Origin: Mobula hypostoma
Lineage: Eukaryota
Direction of reading: 5' to 3'
Assembly (NCBI RefSeq): GCF_963921235.1
Contig: NC_086097.1
Span: 83,144,001-83,208,000, forward strand
Length of the DNA: 64,000 bases
The notes beneath the pieces are model-generated. The model had not been told where the DNA came from and did no database searches. It was given only the letters and a program-made list of their open reading frames with translations. Below are positions 49,118 to 62,274 of this stretch, in pieces (within the stretch, counting starts at the first letter, position 1; each line of letters opens with the position of its first letter). The position numbers and the translations under genes were made by a program.

Positions 49118-50032
49118 TAGAAACATAGAAAACCTACAGCACAATACAGGACCTTTGCCCACAAAGCTGTGCCGAACATGCCCTTACCTTAGATATTACT
49201 TAGGGTTACCCATAGCCCTCTATTTTTCTGAGCTCCATGTACCTGTCCAGGAGTCTCTTAAAAGACCCTATTGTATTCGCCTCCACCACCGTTGCTGGCA
49301 GCCCATTCCACGCACTCACCATTCTTTGCATAAAAAAACTTACCCCTAATATCTCCTCTGTATCTACTTCCAGGCACCTTAAAACTGTGCCCTCTCATGC
49401 TAACCATTTCAGCCCTGAGAAAAAGCCTCTGACTATCCACACAATCACTGCTTCTCATCATCTTATACACCTCTATCAGTTCATCTCTCATCCTTCATCG
49501 CTTCAAGGAAAAAAGGCCAAGTTTACTCAACCTATTCTCATAAGGCATGCTCCCAATTCAGGCAACGTCCTTGTAAATCTCCTCTGTACCCTTTCTGTGG
49601 TTTCCACATCCTTCCTGTAATGAGGCGACCAGAACTGAGCACAGTGCTCCAAGTGGGGTCTGACCAGGGTCCTATATAGCTGCAACATTACCTCTCAGCT
49701 CCTGAACTCAATCCCACGATTGATGAAGGCCAATGCACCATATGCCTTCTTAACCACAGAGTCAATCCGCGCAGCAGCTTTGAGTGTCCTATGGACTCGA
49801 CCCCAAGATCCCTCTGATCCTCCACACTGCCAAGAGTCTTGCCATTAATACTGTATTCTGCCATCATATTTGACCTACCAAAATGAATCACCTCTCACTT
49901 ACCTGGGTTGAACTCCATCTGCCACTTCTCTGCCCAGTTTTGCATCCCATCAATGTCCGCTGTAAACTCTGACAGCCCTCCACACTATCCACAACACCCC
50001 CAAACTTCTGTGTCATCAGCAAATTTACTAAA
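49118..50032 (-). mobile_element. CR1 3' fragment with internal deletion
   Basis: SKFADD, HFGRSN, DLGV and MRGHSFKV. Same subfamily tail as 11752-12046. Confidence 0.9.
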
Positions 50033-50612
50033 ATTACATAGCTTATCCTTGCTGCTTTTCTAACCAAGTTTGAATATGTACAGTGCTGTGCAAAAGTTTT
50101 AGAAACATATAGTATATATAGCTAAGGTTTTTATAGTATAAAATGAAAACATGCTCAAGACTAATTTATCCTAGTTAATGTTTTATATGCCCCGTTGTCT
50201 ACCCTTCTCACTTTCCTCTATTCCTCTATTAAAAAGAAATGTTGGTTTTCTGACCAATTCCACCTACCTCAGTACTTATGATCTGCCTGTATGAAGTGTG
50301 GGAGAGGGTGTTGTACATTTAAAGGAAATTTACTTCTCCCATTACAACAACAGAATTCCATTAATATTTACTTTCCAAGACCAACGATGATGCTGGAAAG
50401 TATGGTTAAAGGCTTGGGTTCTGACTTCAAAAAGTTTCAGATAGCTGACAAAACTTTTTATTTACTGCTGCTACCTGCAGAAGCTTCTGCCAGCAGTTTG
50501 TTAAGCTTCCACTTATGTACTATTCTTCTGAGCATCTCATGAGCAACAGAATGAAGTGAGTAAGATGACTGTTCAAAGACTACCTAAGCCCACTTGTTAG
50601 CATATTTACTTA

Positions 50613-50674
50613 CAGTGCTGTGCAAAAGTCTTTGGCACATATATAGGATACCTAATACTTTTGCACAGTATTCT
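50613..50674. mobile_element. Tiny Tc1/mariner-type hairpin MITE; relatives at 50081-50127 and 50776-50845
   Basis: TA-CAGTGCTGTGCAAAAGTCTT...ACTTTTGCACAGTA inverted termini around a TA-rich spacer. Confidence 0.7.
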
Positions 50675-50899
50675 ATATGTTACCAAATAACACGTAATAC
50701 TACTATGCTAATACAAAGCTAAGTACTCTTATTTCTGTTTCCCAACCACCTTTCTATTTTAAACAATAAACGGTACAGTGCAAAAGTCTTGAGCCCTAGC
50801 TATATATACAGTACTATATATACCTAAAACTTTTGCACAGCACTGTATGTATTTAAACTTGGTTAGAAAAGCAGCAGGGACTTGCTCTGTAATTATAGG

Positions 50900-51530
50900 C
50901 CAATTAGTTGAACATCAGTGCTGGGAAATTAGAGGAAAAAATTTGAGGGACTGATTAATTTACACTTGAAAAGCCAAGAACTGGTCAGCATAGATTTGTT
51001 GGTGAGAGATCCTGTCTGACTAATTGAACTAAGAATTTTGCAAGAAACTTAGTGATAAAGGTAGTGCTATTAAAGTGGTTAACATAGATTTCAAATGGCC
51101 TTCAACAAGGTTAGAGCCAAAATGTTAGAGCCCAAGGGATTAAAGAAGAGTTGGCAAATTAATATCTAATTTTTTTTAGCTTGTACAGGAACAAACCTAA
51201 TGATAGACTGTTCAAGATTTGGATCTGATGCAGCACAAGATACACTATAATATCAATCTTATAATAACAATGTATAGGTAACAAGTACAAATTTGGTTTT
51301 GTGACTAGTGATGTACTTCAGTGATTGGTGCTGGTGTTCTTGATATTTGTAATATACATTAGTACCTCGGAGGTGTCTGCAATTCGAAATGTACCTCTTG
51401 AGAAGGTGACTCTTAGCATCACTTAAGAAGCTTCTTGATGAGTCCTCATAAAGCTCATGTGGACCAGGTATGGCTAAATGGGATTAAAGTAGATAGGTAC
51501 TTGAAGATTATTGTATTTCTGTGCTATATA
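50900..51530 (+). mobile_element. Very degenerate CR1 pieces
   Basis: QHRFVGERSCLTN and VTSDVLQ*LVL remnants. Confidence 0.55.
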
Positions 51531-51538
51531 ACTTAATG

Positions 51539-51618
51539 CAGTGTTTCCCAACCTGAGATCTATCAACCCCTTGTTTAATGGTATTGGTCCATAGCATAAA
51601 AAGGGTTGGGAACCCCTG
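51539..51618. mobile_element. 80-bp hAT (Charlie-like) MITE with 8-bp TSD
   Basis: CAGTGTTTCCCAACC...GGTTGGGAACCCCTG termini, with ACTTAATG at 51531-51538 and 51619-51626. Confidence 0.88.
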
Positions 51619-54600
51619 ACTTAATGACTTTTGATGGCAGTACCTCTTTAGCACACTGCGCTAACCACTCCTTGCCTCCAACCTCTCATATGTGCTTGTA
51701 TGATTTCTTTTTAATGAGTATGCCTTGAAATAGTGTGTTGGATGGCAGGGGGCTGCCAACACATTCATTTACATGTTTGGTTGGCATTGTTTGTTGTATC
51801 ATTCTCGGGATATGCTTGGGAAGCAGAGGCAACACTTGGGGGTGGTGGTAGGTAGGCAGGCGGGCAGGGGTGAGAGTACTGGTGGAGATCTGAATCAGCT
51901 GGGGCTTGTCACCATTTCCTCCTTGGAAGTTCTCAAAATTGGAGAATTCAACTGTCTCCTGCTATGGTTTGACTGCCTTGACGGACTTTGATATTGGTGC
52001 AAAACTGCAATTTAAAAAGAAATTACAACACATTTCAGGGTGATGAGTTTTTAACAAAACAGAAGGAATTTACTGATCTTTAGTTGGACCAAGATATTTT
52101 GAATTCCTGCAGTTAATATTTGAGCAGCAGATCTAAAGTGACATTCCATATTAATGGGTGAACCACACTGCCTGTTTCAGAGTCCAGATTAACCAAGCGC
52201 ATTGTCATTGCAGATCCACTCCCTTATAATATTGCAAAAAATCGTATACGTAGTGGCTCAGGGTACGATAGCAAATTTCATGTGTTCCATGTTATATTTG
52301 TAGTATACTCTAAACATGGGCTTACAGCCAACAGATAATATTTACATATTATCTGTTGGTGCTCCGGTTTCTTCGCCCACGTTCTAAAGGTATACAGGTT
52401 AGTAAGATGTGGGTATGCTGTGGTGGTACTGGAAACATGGTGACACTTGCAGGCTGCCTGTGGACAATACAAATGATGCATTTCACTGTCTGATTCGCTG
52501 TTTTGATGAACATATGACAAATAAAGCTAATCTTTAAAACAATGGTTGTGTTACATCCTCTCAGTGGCCTAAATATTGGAGAATGCTTCTTTTTCAATAT
52601 CTAAGCCACAGTTTCAGTGTAGAAATACTGGCATCAAGTGACTGCTGTTTTGCAACTAATTGTAAACCCAGGACAGACTTTCTGATGGTAAAGAGATCAT
52701 GAATAGGGAGTGTCAGGTTGGATTATCCTGGACTTGGCCTAGAAGTTATGCTTTGGTTGATCAGAGGTGGTTGGTTTCAAAGTCTAGAGAGGTGTTTGGT
52801 TTCGTGCTTGGTCAGGCTTGAAACAAAGTTTGATTGGGAGACTTTCCACGTATGGATGTCTCTTGCACGGAAGTGTTAATTCATGGCTGTTTACCATGTG
52901 ACAGTTGAACATCGATTAACACTAGCTACCGGGTGAACATGGTTCGATTGTAGCACAGACGTCCAAAAGGAACATTGCACACACAATGATGTCATTGTAG
53001 TATGTGAATCATATGATTGGTACAAAGGTTAAAAAAACACAACTTGGTGCAATGTTACCACTGTCATCTTGTCACTTACTAATCTACATTGGTCCCACTT
53101 GTGCTGATAAAAAGAAGCAGGTTTCAGTATCTCAGTTAAAGTTATTTAGAAATGATTTTTACTTGAATGTTTATCATGAAAAAGCAACCTCACATTAAAT
53201 TAACAAAACGTTTACCTTGGCAGCTGCTGATCTATTTGATAAAGTTATTATGAAATGTTATCAAAACTATGTCAATAAGGAGATTGCAGCACACAGTGGA
53301 GTGTTTTGATAGACTAATAGTTTCGAGGCCGTTTAAAAGATTTGTGTGAGATGTAAACTCTGGAAGATGACTTTGTATGAAGAAGGCACATATTGCATGA
53401 TGCTATTACAACATGGTTAGACTCTGTTCTTAGTGATTATGATTCTCCTTGAGCTCGATTTCAGCTTCTAGCAGCAAGATCTGCCAGCTATGATCTCAAT
53501 ACTGGATGTTTAATCACATGAAATTTGAAAATGTGCATTTATTGTGGAGTTGTGTTCCCAGCAAGTTCCAGCCTTTGACTACCAACCACATCACAGTCCT
53601 TCTTCGTGTCTCTCACCCTCTAGGAATGATTATTTTTTTAAATTTCAATCTCCTTCCCAGCTTATTATTCTATTTCAATTATTACCTAATTTGTAGGTTG
53701 GTGCTCATGATATTTATTGGTTAGGCTCAATTATGTTCTGCTTAGGAGGTTTGGTAGTGGATATTTCTCGGGAGTTTTCAGTAGCATTGGGTCTAATATC
53801 TGGACTGTGAAGAGAATACATTTTCATTATTTCCAGTGCTGCTGCTTATAGGCACAGCAATTTGTCTTTACTGGGTTTTGAGCTCTTGTGTAAAATTGTG
53901 GATTATTCAAACTTTAATCCATCTGAATTCTTTTCCTGTGAGAGGGGTTCTGATTGGTGTAACTTGTTAGAAAGTATGTTTAGAGGTGTTTTGCTGCTTT
54001 TACATTGATAGCAAGTTTATGTTATGCTGACTTTGGCTATTGCTTGATGGCAGCCCAAAGGTGCTGTGGATTCAAAGCCTCCCTCCAGCTACACCAACTC
54101 AGTGGGGAGGAAGGACAACTCATATGAGATCATATGCGAACATGGCTCTGCAAAGCCTGGAACTGTTCAGGTGGCCATTGGACTAAGGAGCACAGGATCA
54201 ATTCATTTTACAAAGTGCTTTCTGAATGATCAGCAGCAGAAGATCAGTTAGTTTCAGAGGGCTCAAAGCAAAGCTCAAAATGAAGGAGTTCCAGAACCAG
54301 GTTGCTGCATCTGAATTGAATAACATGTCAGAACTCAGAAAGAGGGGAGGAACGTCTCGGGCAAAACTATTAAAATGAAGTGAAAGGTGTAATTTATAGA
54401 AATGATAACATTTGGTGAAGGGGACCCAGGATCATCAAATGCTGGGAGTGAAAGAAACAATGAATGATGATTTAATAAGACTTGTGTGAATAAATTATTG
54501 TAAACTTCTACATTTTACTCTCATTAACATGATAAAGAAAACTAATATTTATTTAATCATCTACAGCCAGTAGGTAATATAAAACATTCCATCAAATGAA

Positions 54601-55679
54601 GTGAAATTTCAAAGTTCTGTATGATATAATTTTGAAAAACCTAATGTAGGTTTGAATGCATTGCCAAATATTCCATGAATTAAGCAGAAACCAATCTGTA
54701 GGCGGGTAAGGATTCAAATGTTTATTATGAAAGTCTGTGTGAACAGATTAGCATTGTGGGTTTAACATTTTTTTTTCCTGAGGAGTATAATGCTGCATTC
54801 TAACCAGCATCACAGTTATGTTTTGTTTCCTTTTTTAAAAAAAGTAGTAATTCCTGAGTCAGGGAATCTGTCCCTTCCATTTGACCACCTTGGGCGTGGG
54901 GGGGGGGTGGATACTGAGGATGCAACAACGTCTAATTCAACATTGTGGAAGGAAAGTTAACCTAGAATTTACTATAGGTAATAAACATTTTCATACATTA
55001 TTTGTTTGCCATCTGGCAATGCAAGAATTTATACAAATGGCCATTTCTATTTATATTAAATACCCACCATTACCAGTGTGTTTTTCCCTACCTGTAAATA
55101 TACCAAATCAAAATAAATTTCTTTACAACTTTACTGGCCAACTCTTCTTTTCCAGCATTCATACGTATGCAAGCTCCCCTGTAATACTGCATCTCCTCAT
55201 GTTGTTGAAGGATGGTTGGCTTTTTTTCATGTTAAGTGCCGAAACAATAAATGCCAGGCACAGCCAGTGTGACTGATATTGTGAGTACTGTATATGATTA
55301 GATGTTTGCTCACATGTCTTTTGCTCATACAAGCCTACATAATGCTTGTCCATAATCACTTGTCCAGAATCAGACTACAAGTGGGGAATTGAGACCTGCT
55401 CTGGCATTGGTTAAGGGGTCCCAATCATGCTTGTAACTGTCACAAAGTCTAAAGCACCTTTTGGGTTGCAAGTATGTTTTTTCTTTTGATTTGTTTTCTT
55501 CCATTTTCCCTTGCTTTCCTCCTCTACAAACCTCTGTTGCTCCTGATATATTTGAAGTTCTCATTTGTGTGCAAGACGCTTCAGCCATCTTCCATTGAAT
55601 CACTAATCATAATCTCCCGAACACCTATCCCTTCAAATAACTATATTGTTAGCTTATGTTAAATGTGTCTAAGGGTCAC

Positions 55680-56875
55680 ATGAGGGCATTTTCAGGGTCT
55701 CAGTAGAGATTTTAGTGCCTCTGTGAACTACAGGGAAGGCACTAGAGACTGGAAGATGGCTATTGTGCTTTTTAATTTGAGGTCAATGGTGGGGTGATAA
55801 ACCAGGGAACTTCAGGCTGGCGAGCTTAGTATCAGTAATGGGAAGGTTACTGGAAGAGATCCAGATTTATTTGCAATTAATTAAGGATAGTTAGCATAGC
55901 TTTGTACAAAGCAAATCATGTTTTATAAATTTGAGTGAGTTTCTTTTTTTAAAGTGGTGACCAAGAAAATTGCTGAAGGCACAGCATTAGGCATTATCTA
56001 TATTGACTTTAGCAAGGCTTTTTACAAAGGCCCCTCACAGTATGTTGGTCTGGAAGATTAGAATGCCAGAGATCCAGGGTGAGTTAGGAAAATTGGATAC
56101 AAAATTGGCTTGGTGATGGGTGTCATTGGGTGGTTGTGGGGGTTGCTTTTTCCAGTTTGGAGTGCTACACGATTGGTTATATGTCTTTTGTTGTTTGTCA
56201 TATACAGTATATAAAAGGTTTAGATGAGAATGTAGGTAGCATGATTAGTAAGTTTGCAGATATCAACAGAAATGGTGATATATAGTACCAAATTTACAAC
56301 AGGATATAGATCAACTGTGAAAGTAACAAAGGAATGGCAGATGGAACTTAACTACAAGTGTGAGGTGGTGCATTTTGGAAAGTGAAGTTAGGGCATACAC
56401 AGTGAAATGCAGAGCCCCAGAAAGTGCTGGAGAACAGATCTTGTTTAAGAAAACAGTTGTGTTTAAATGGGAAGATGGGAGACAAGGTGGTGAGGAAGGT
56501 GTATGGCATGTTTGTTTTAGTGCCCAAGGCACTAAGTATAAGAATTGGGACATCATGTTATCATTGTGCAAAACATTGGTTAGCTTGTCCTTGGAGTATT
56601 GTGTGCCGTCCTAGTCACCACACTCTTATCAAAAATTCTATGACAAGATGAAAATGATAGAAGTAAATAAATTTGAGAGGCATAGGCAGAGGCTTGGGTC
56701 TGTTTCCCATGGTAGTAGTGTCAAAGGCTAGATGGCATAACTTTGAGGTGGGGGGGGGTGGATGGTTAAAGGAAATCTGAAGTAAATTTTCACATAAAAC
56801 GTGAGAGAGGCATGGTGATTGTCATAATCACATTTGGCCAGATGGCCTCTTTCTGTGCTCTACAATTGAATGACT
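55680..56875 (+). mobile_element. Degenerate CR1 ORF2 RT region to 3' end
   Basis: YIDFSKAF, ISKFAD, KCEVVHFG and LCKTLVSLSLEYCV remnants. Confidence 0.8.
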
Positions 56876-57544
56876 GTGATTCTACACTTGGGTCTCACTC
56901 AGAGTAGGATCTGTACCTGAAACTGGTTGAGGCCGCCTTCTTACATGATGGTACTGCAATATATTTTTTACTGGTCTGAAGAATGTGTATTGTATTCAGA
57001 TCAACCATGCTTGATACAAATACTTTTAACTTTCAGTTTATATCAATCTGAATGCTGCTATAGCCGACGTAAACTGGATTATTATGAGGCAATCTTGTCA
57101 ATGGCTTCACAACACTTTTAAGCACAATTTCCTCCTTACTGACATCAAAGGTGTAGCGTTGTGTTCAGGTGAGTTGGATTGGTTTAATCAATCACTGTGT
57201 ACTGAAGTACAGTGGTCTCGGAACCATAATTTTTTGCACTTCAGTATGAACTCAACAAAATTCTTGGAAAGTAGAACTGAAATTTATTATGATTATATGG
57301 AATCTCTCCAATTCACTTGTGCTGTACACAAGTCAAAATGGAAATCATGTAACTGAAGTCAGTAAGATGTGTCATTGTTTTAATTTGCTTTGCCTGTAGA
57401 TACAGGCTGGACCAGACTTTTTCCCAAAAAGAAAAGTGCATTCAACATTTGAAGTAGTTCATTACAGTCTTAATATGTTTGTACTTTGCTCCTTTTTCAG
57501 AATCACTTGCTTATTTTAAACATGGTGCTCTGAAATTTAAATAC

Positions 57545-58407
57545 TGTTACGTACCCCGTAACTGGGTTGCCAAACCAGCAGAAATGGATCACTCAGTTGG
57601 AGTCTGGAGTACTAGAACTAAGAAAGTTTTATTAAAGAAACAAGCAACACAGTAATCGAAAGGATAATAAATGCAACAGTTCAGTGATGATAAACACACA
57701 TGTGCACAGCATTAAGTTAACAGCATCAATCAAGCTCTATCGTTGTCTAGGGGTAAATGACCAAATTTCAAAATGACTCAAAGTTCAGTCCAGTTAGTAG
57801 TTCAGTTCGCAGTAATCGTTGCCATGGCGATGGACAACGTGGGGGAAGAGAGAGAGAGAGGGAACAGGAACAACTGATCATTCAGCACAGCTTCACTCAC
57901 AGACCGGCGAGATGCTCACAAGCAACTTTTGGGCGGGTCCTTGGTGATGTCACCTGAGGTCACCGACTGTGACCCCTCCTCCAGATGCGGTCGATCCTCT
58001 GCAGTGAACCCGGCACCCAGGCAAGGGCGGACACACACCGGGTTCCCGCTGATCGTACCTTTCCACCCTTGTCGTTGTCTGGTACTTCTCACCCACTCGT
58101 GAGAGGCGCACCGCTTCCAGGGTCTCGTTACCTCGGGTGGCATGTGTCCCCGTCTTAGCGAACCTGTCCCTTTTTATCCCCCTGCTGGGGTATCGCCTGT
58201 CCATCACTTCAAACAGTTCAGGGTTCAAAGGGGGGAGCCGCTCCAGACAGCTCTCTCTCCCACATCCCTTCATTACACATCTCCAGACGCTGCTCCATTG
58301 TTCCTTATCTCTCCTTCCCCTGAGGGCAGGTGGCAGACCAACTGCTGATGCCACTGATGCTAGCCCAGGCCAGCAAACATCTTAATTTTATGTGTATTCT
58401 CGTAACA
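57545..58407 (-). mobile_element. 863-bp solo LTR (Gypsy-like)
   Basis: Perfect 7-bp inverted termini TGTTACG...CGTAACA with the 4-bp TSD ATAC (57541-57544, 58408-58411). Minus-strand AATAAA at about 57630 and ATAAAAA at about 58173. CpG retained. Confidence 0.88.
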
Positions 58408-59177
58408 ATACTCACAAAAGCTAAATACGGTACAGTACCTGAGTTAAAGCTCTCAATCATTTTGATAAGAACACTTAAGTGCTTTTGCAATATTATAAAT
58501 AGCACTATCCTGAACAAACTTAAAATCAGCCAAAATTATTAATCAAGAATGATTACTAAGAAGTTTGAAAAACACTAATTGTGCCAGTATGTATAATACA
58601 AAAATGCCTTTCTGTAAGGATCTCGTTCTTAATGAGGTTTATTTTCTACGATATTTTTTTTTTACTCGGCCTTCTGTTTCTTCAATAGTGCAGAATTCAG
58701 CTTTCAGAATTCAGACTGAGCACCTAGCAAACAGAAAACTTGGTGTGCTTAATGTCAGAAAGCTTCATTTAAAAGCTGTTGGAAAACAGCAATCCAGCAA
58801 GGTAAATCTTCAATGTGCTGAATGGAAAGACTTTACCAAAAACTGAACAGAATGGCAGAGTAAGTAGATTAGTGTTCATAGCCGTGACAACCTCTGCTTT
58901 TCGTCCTGTAGAGGTGTCTGCTCTTATTCCTGCTACCCAAGAGACTAACTGCATGTGAGGAGAGGATGCACTGATTTTGATAACATTTAGGGAAGAGATT
59001 ACTTTTTTAAAATTTGATCAGTGAGTTATTGGTAGCTTGGAAGTCCTGAGTTTACATTGGTGCTAGGTTGTTGTGGAATGGAGAATGAAGCCACAGTATC
59101 TAAATACTGTAATATCAGGTCATAGATTATACCTTTTTGTGAATTATAATGAAAGTTGATGTTGAATAATTTTGATC

Positions 59178-59572
59178 ATAAGAGATAGGAACAGAATTAG
59201 GTCACTTGGCGCATTAAGCCTGCTCCACCATTCCATTCTGGCTGATTTGTTATCCCGCTGAAACCAATTCTTCTGCCTTCTCCCTGTAACCTATGATGTC
59301 CTGACTAATTAAGTACCCATCAGCCTCTGCTTTAAACTATGCTCAATGACTTGGCTTCCACAGTCATCTGTGGCAATGAATTCCACAATTTCACCTTCTG
59401 GCTAAAGAAATTCATCTGTTCTAAATAGATATCCCTCTATTCAGAGGGTGTGCCCTGTGGTACTAGGCTCACCTACAATGGGAAGCGTTTTTCTCCACTC
59501 CACACTATCTAGGCCTTTCAATATTCAAGAGTTTCAATAAGATACTCATTTTCCTAAACTCCAACGAGTACA
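59178..59572 (-). mobile_element. CR1 3' end
   Basis: Similar to 40240-40650 and 29405-29800. Confidence 0.8.
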
Positions 59573-60641
59573 CTAACCTGCTTTAAAATGAGTGCAAACC
59601 AACTAGCATAGCTGAAATACCTTCTCCCAATACCATGCCAAAGGCAGTGCAGCAATTTGACTATTTTTGTAGTACTGGTATGTTCCAATTTTAACTTGCT
59701 TTGCAGGTTTTAAAGAAATCAGCAGATACATGGGCCAGGATAAAAAACACTTGGTAATTTTCCTCCAAGCTCTCCATCCAGCCTATCTAACCACAGTTAA
59801 TCCCAGTTCCATCCTAATAGAACCTTATTAGAAGGCAATGGTTTAGAGTGTCCTCACCTTCCTAGGTGGTGAATCAAATCAGCCTGTTTGAGAGTTTTTC
59901 CACCAAACTGAAAGCACTTCCTTTTAATCAATCTGACCTACAAAAGAAGATGCAAGCTAAAGAAACGAGGTAAATAAGAACATCTAACATGTTGGACGCT
60001 TGACTGGGACATGAAGTACCAATCTCTTCTAAGTTGAATCAGCCATGAAAATAGGCGAGCTTGCTCATTTAATAAATGCAGGAGAATAACTGGGTAATGT
60101 TCTCCCTGAGTTCTGAAGTAATTTTGTTAATTGGGTCAACATGCCTTTGGTCAAGATTGCGCCGGCCTGCTGTCTCTAATGAGATTGTGCCTCAGACTTG
60201 CGTAGTTGTGTTTAAGTTCATAGGGATAGTTTTGGGGAATGGAGTTGGGGAGTAATGTCATGGTTTAGGGATAGGGCTATGGGGGAGTTAGAGGCTGGAG
60301 TATAGGCCTCCACTCCATGTTCGAAGGCCAGCAATGTGGACGTGTGACAAAGAACATCAGTAGATGGATGTTTCGCCAGCAGATGCTGTGGTTGAAGACC
60401 AGTCAAGACGAGGGTTGGTGCCCACCGCCCCCCCGCCCACCAGGTTCACAAGTCCATCCAGGTCCCATGTTTAGAGGCCTGTTATGGGCGTCAGAGGGTC
60501 CAGAGTGGGAGGCCGAGAGTTCACTGTCCAGAGTTCGAGGTCTTGTCATCAGCGAGTCTTAGGGTCAATACCAAAGCTCGAAGGTGGATCAAAAGTCAAG
60601 GCCCAATGGCTGAAGCTCTGAGTCTGCAGAAGCTCTAGTTA

Positions 60642-62274
60642 CAGTGCTTATAAAAAGTATTCATCTTCCCCCCCTCTGCCGGAAGTGTTCATGATTTATT
60701 GTTTAACAACATTGAATCACAATGGATTTAATTTGGCTTTTTTGACACTGATCAACAGAGAAGACTCGAGTCAAAGTGAAAACCAATTTCTACAAATTGG
60801 TCTAAAATTATGACGACTATTAAACAAACTAATTGATTGCATAATTACTCACCCTCTTCAAGTCAGTATTTAGGAGATGAACCTTTGGCAGCAATTAGAG
60901 CCTTGAGTCTGTGTGGATTGGTCTTTGCACATCTGAAAACTGCAGTTTTTCCCCATTCTTCTATACAAAACTGCACGAGCTTTGTCAGATTGCATGGGGA
61001 TTGTGAGTGAACAGTCCTTGACATCCAGCCACAAATTCTTAATTGGATTGAGGTCTGGATTCCGACTTGGCCACTCCAGGACATTAAATTCGTTTTTAAG
61101 CCATTCCTGTGTGCTTTGGTTTTATGCTTGGGGTCATTGTCTTGCTGAAAAACAAATCTTCTCCCAAGTCGCAGTTCTCTTGCAGACTGCATTAGGTTTT
61201 CTTCCAGGATTTCCCTGTATTTTTCTGCATTCATATTACCCTCTACCTTCACAAGCCTTCCAGGGCCTGCTGTAGTGAAGCATCCCTACAGCATGATGCA
61301 GCCACCACCACACTTAATGGTAGGGATGGCATGTGTTTAATGATGTGCAGTGTTTGGCTTATACCAAACATAGCATTTAGTCTAATGGCTAAAAAAGCTC
61401 AATTTTGGTTTCATCAGACCATAGAACCTTCTTCCAGGTGATTTGTGTCTCCCACATGTCTTCTGGCAAACTCTAGCAGAGATTTCATGTGAGTTTTTTT
61501 TCCCAACAGTGGCTTTCTCTTTGCCACTGTCTGATAAAGCTGCAACCGGTGAAGCACCCAGGCAACAGTTGTATGTGCAGTCTCTCTTATCTCAGCCACT
61601 GAAGCTTGTAACTCTTCTGGCCTTGTCATAGGTCTCTTAGTGGCCTCTCTCTCTAGTCCCCTTCTTGCACGATCACTCAGTTTTTGACCACAGCCTACTC
61701 TAGGCAGATTTACAGCTGTACCATATTCTTTCCATTTCTTGATGATTGATTTTACTGTACTCCAAGGGATATTCAGTGACTTGGAAATTTTCTTCAATCA
61801 ATCTCCTTTCAATAACCTTTTTGTAGAGTTGCTTTAAGTGTTTTTTGTTGTCTTGGTATAGATACTGACTCACCAGCAGTTGGACCTTCTAGATATAGTG
61901 TATAATTATTACCCTATCATGGTCTGAGTCGACGTTCCCCTTTATTACAGTGAGTTGAAACACCTTGACTGCACACAGGTGCTGTCCATTCAACTAATTA
62001 CGTGACTTCTAAAATCAATTCGCTGCACCAGTGATGATTTGGTGTGTCATTAAAGGGCGTGAATACTTAGGAAATCAATTTTACTTTGTTTTATATTTGT
62101 AATTAATTTAAATAACTTTGCAGAGATTGGTTTTCACTTTGACACAGAGTCTTTTTCTGTTGATCAGGGACAAAATAAAAAGCCAAATTAAATTCACTCT
62201 GATTCAATGTCGTAATATAACAAAACATGAAAATTTCTTGGTTGGGGGGGGGTGAATACTTTTTATAGGTACTG
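60642..62274 (-). mobile_element. Full-length Tc1 transposon with about 210-bp inverted repeats and a disrupted DD34E-type transposase
   Basis: TA-CAGTGCTTATAAAAAGTATTCA...TGAATACTTTTTATAGGTACTG-TA. Peptides KKISKSLNIPWSTVKSIIKKWKEYG, AKRKPLL and FVFQQDNDPKH; the PDLNPIE region is frameshifted. Confidence 0.95.

Noticed and set aside
59707..59753. Small AG...GT bounded candidate exon (GFKEISRYMGQDKKHL)
   Set aside because: No cysteines or domain similarity, and a weak donor (GTAATT). Likely chance.
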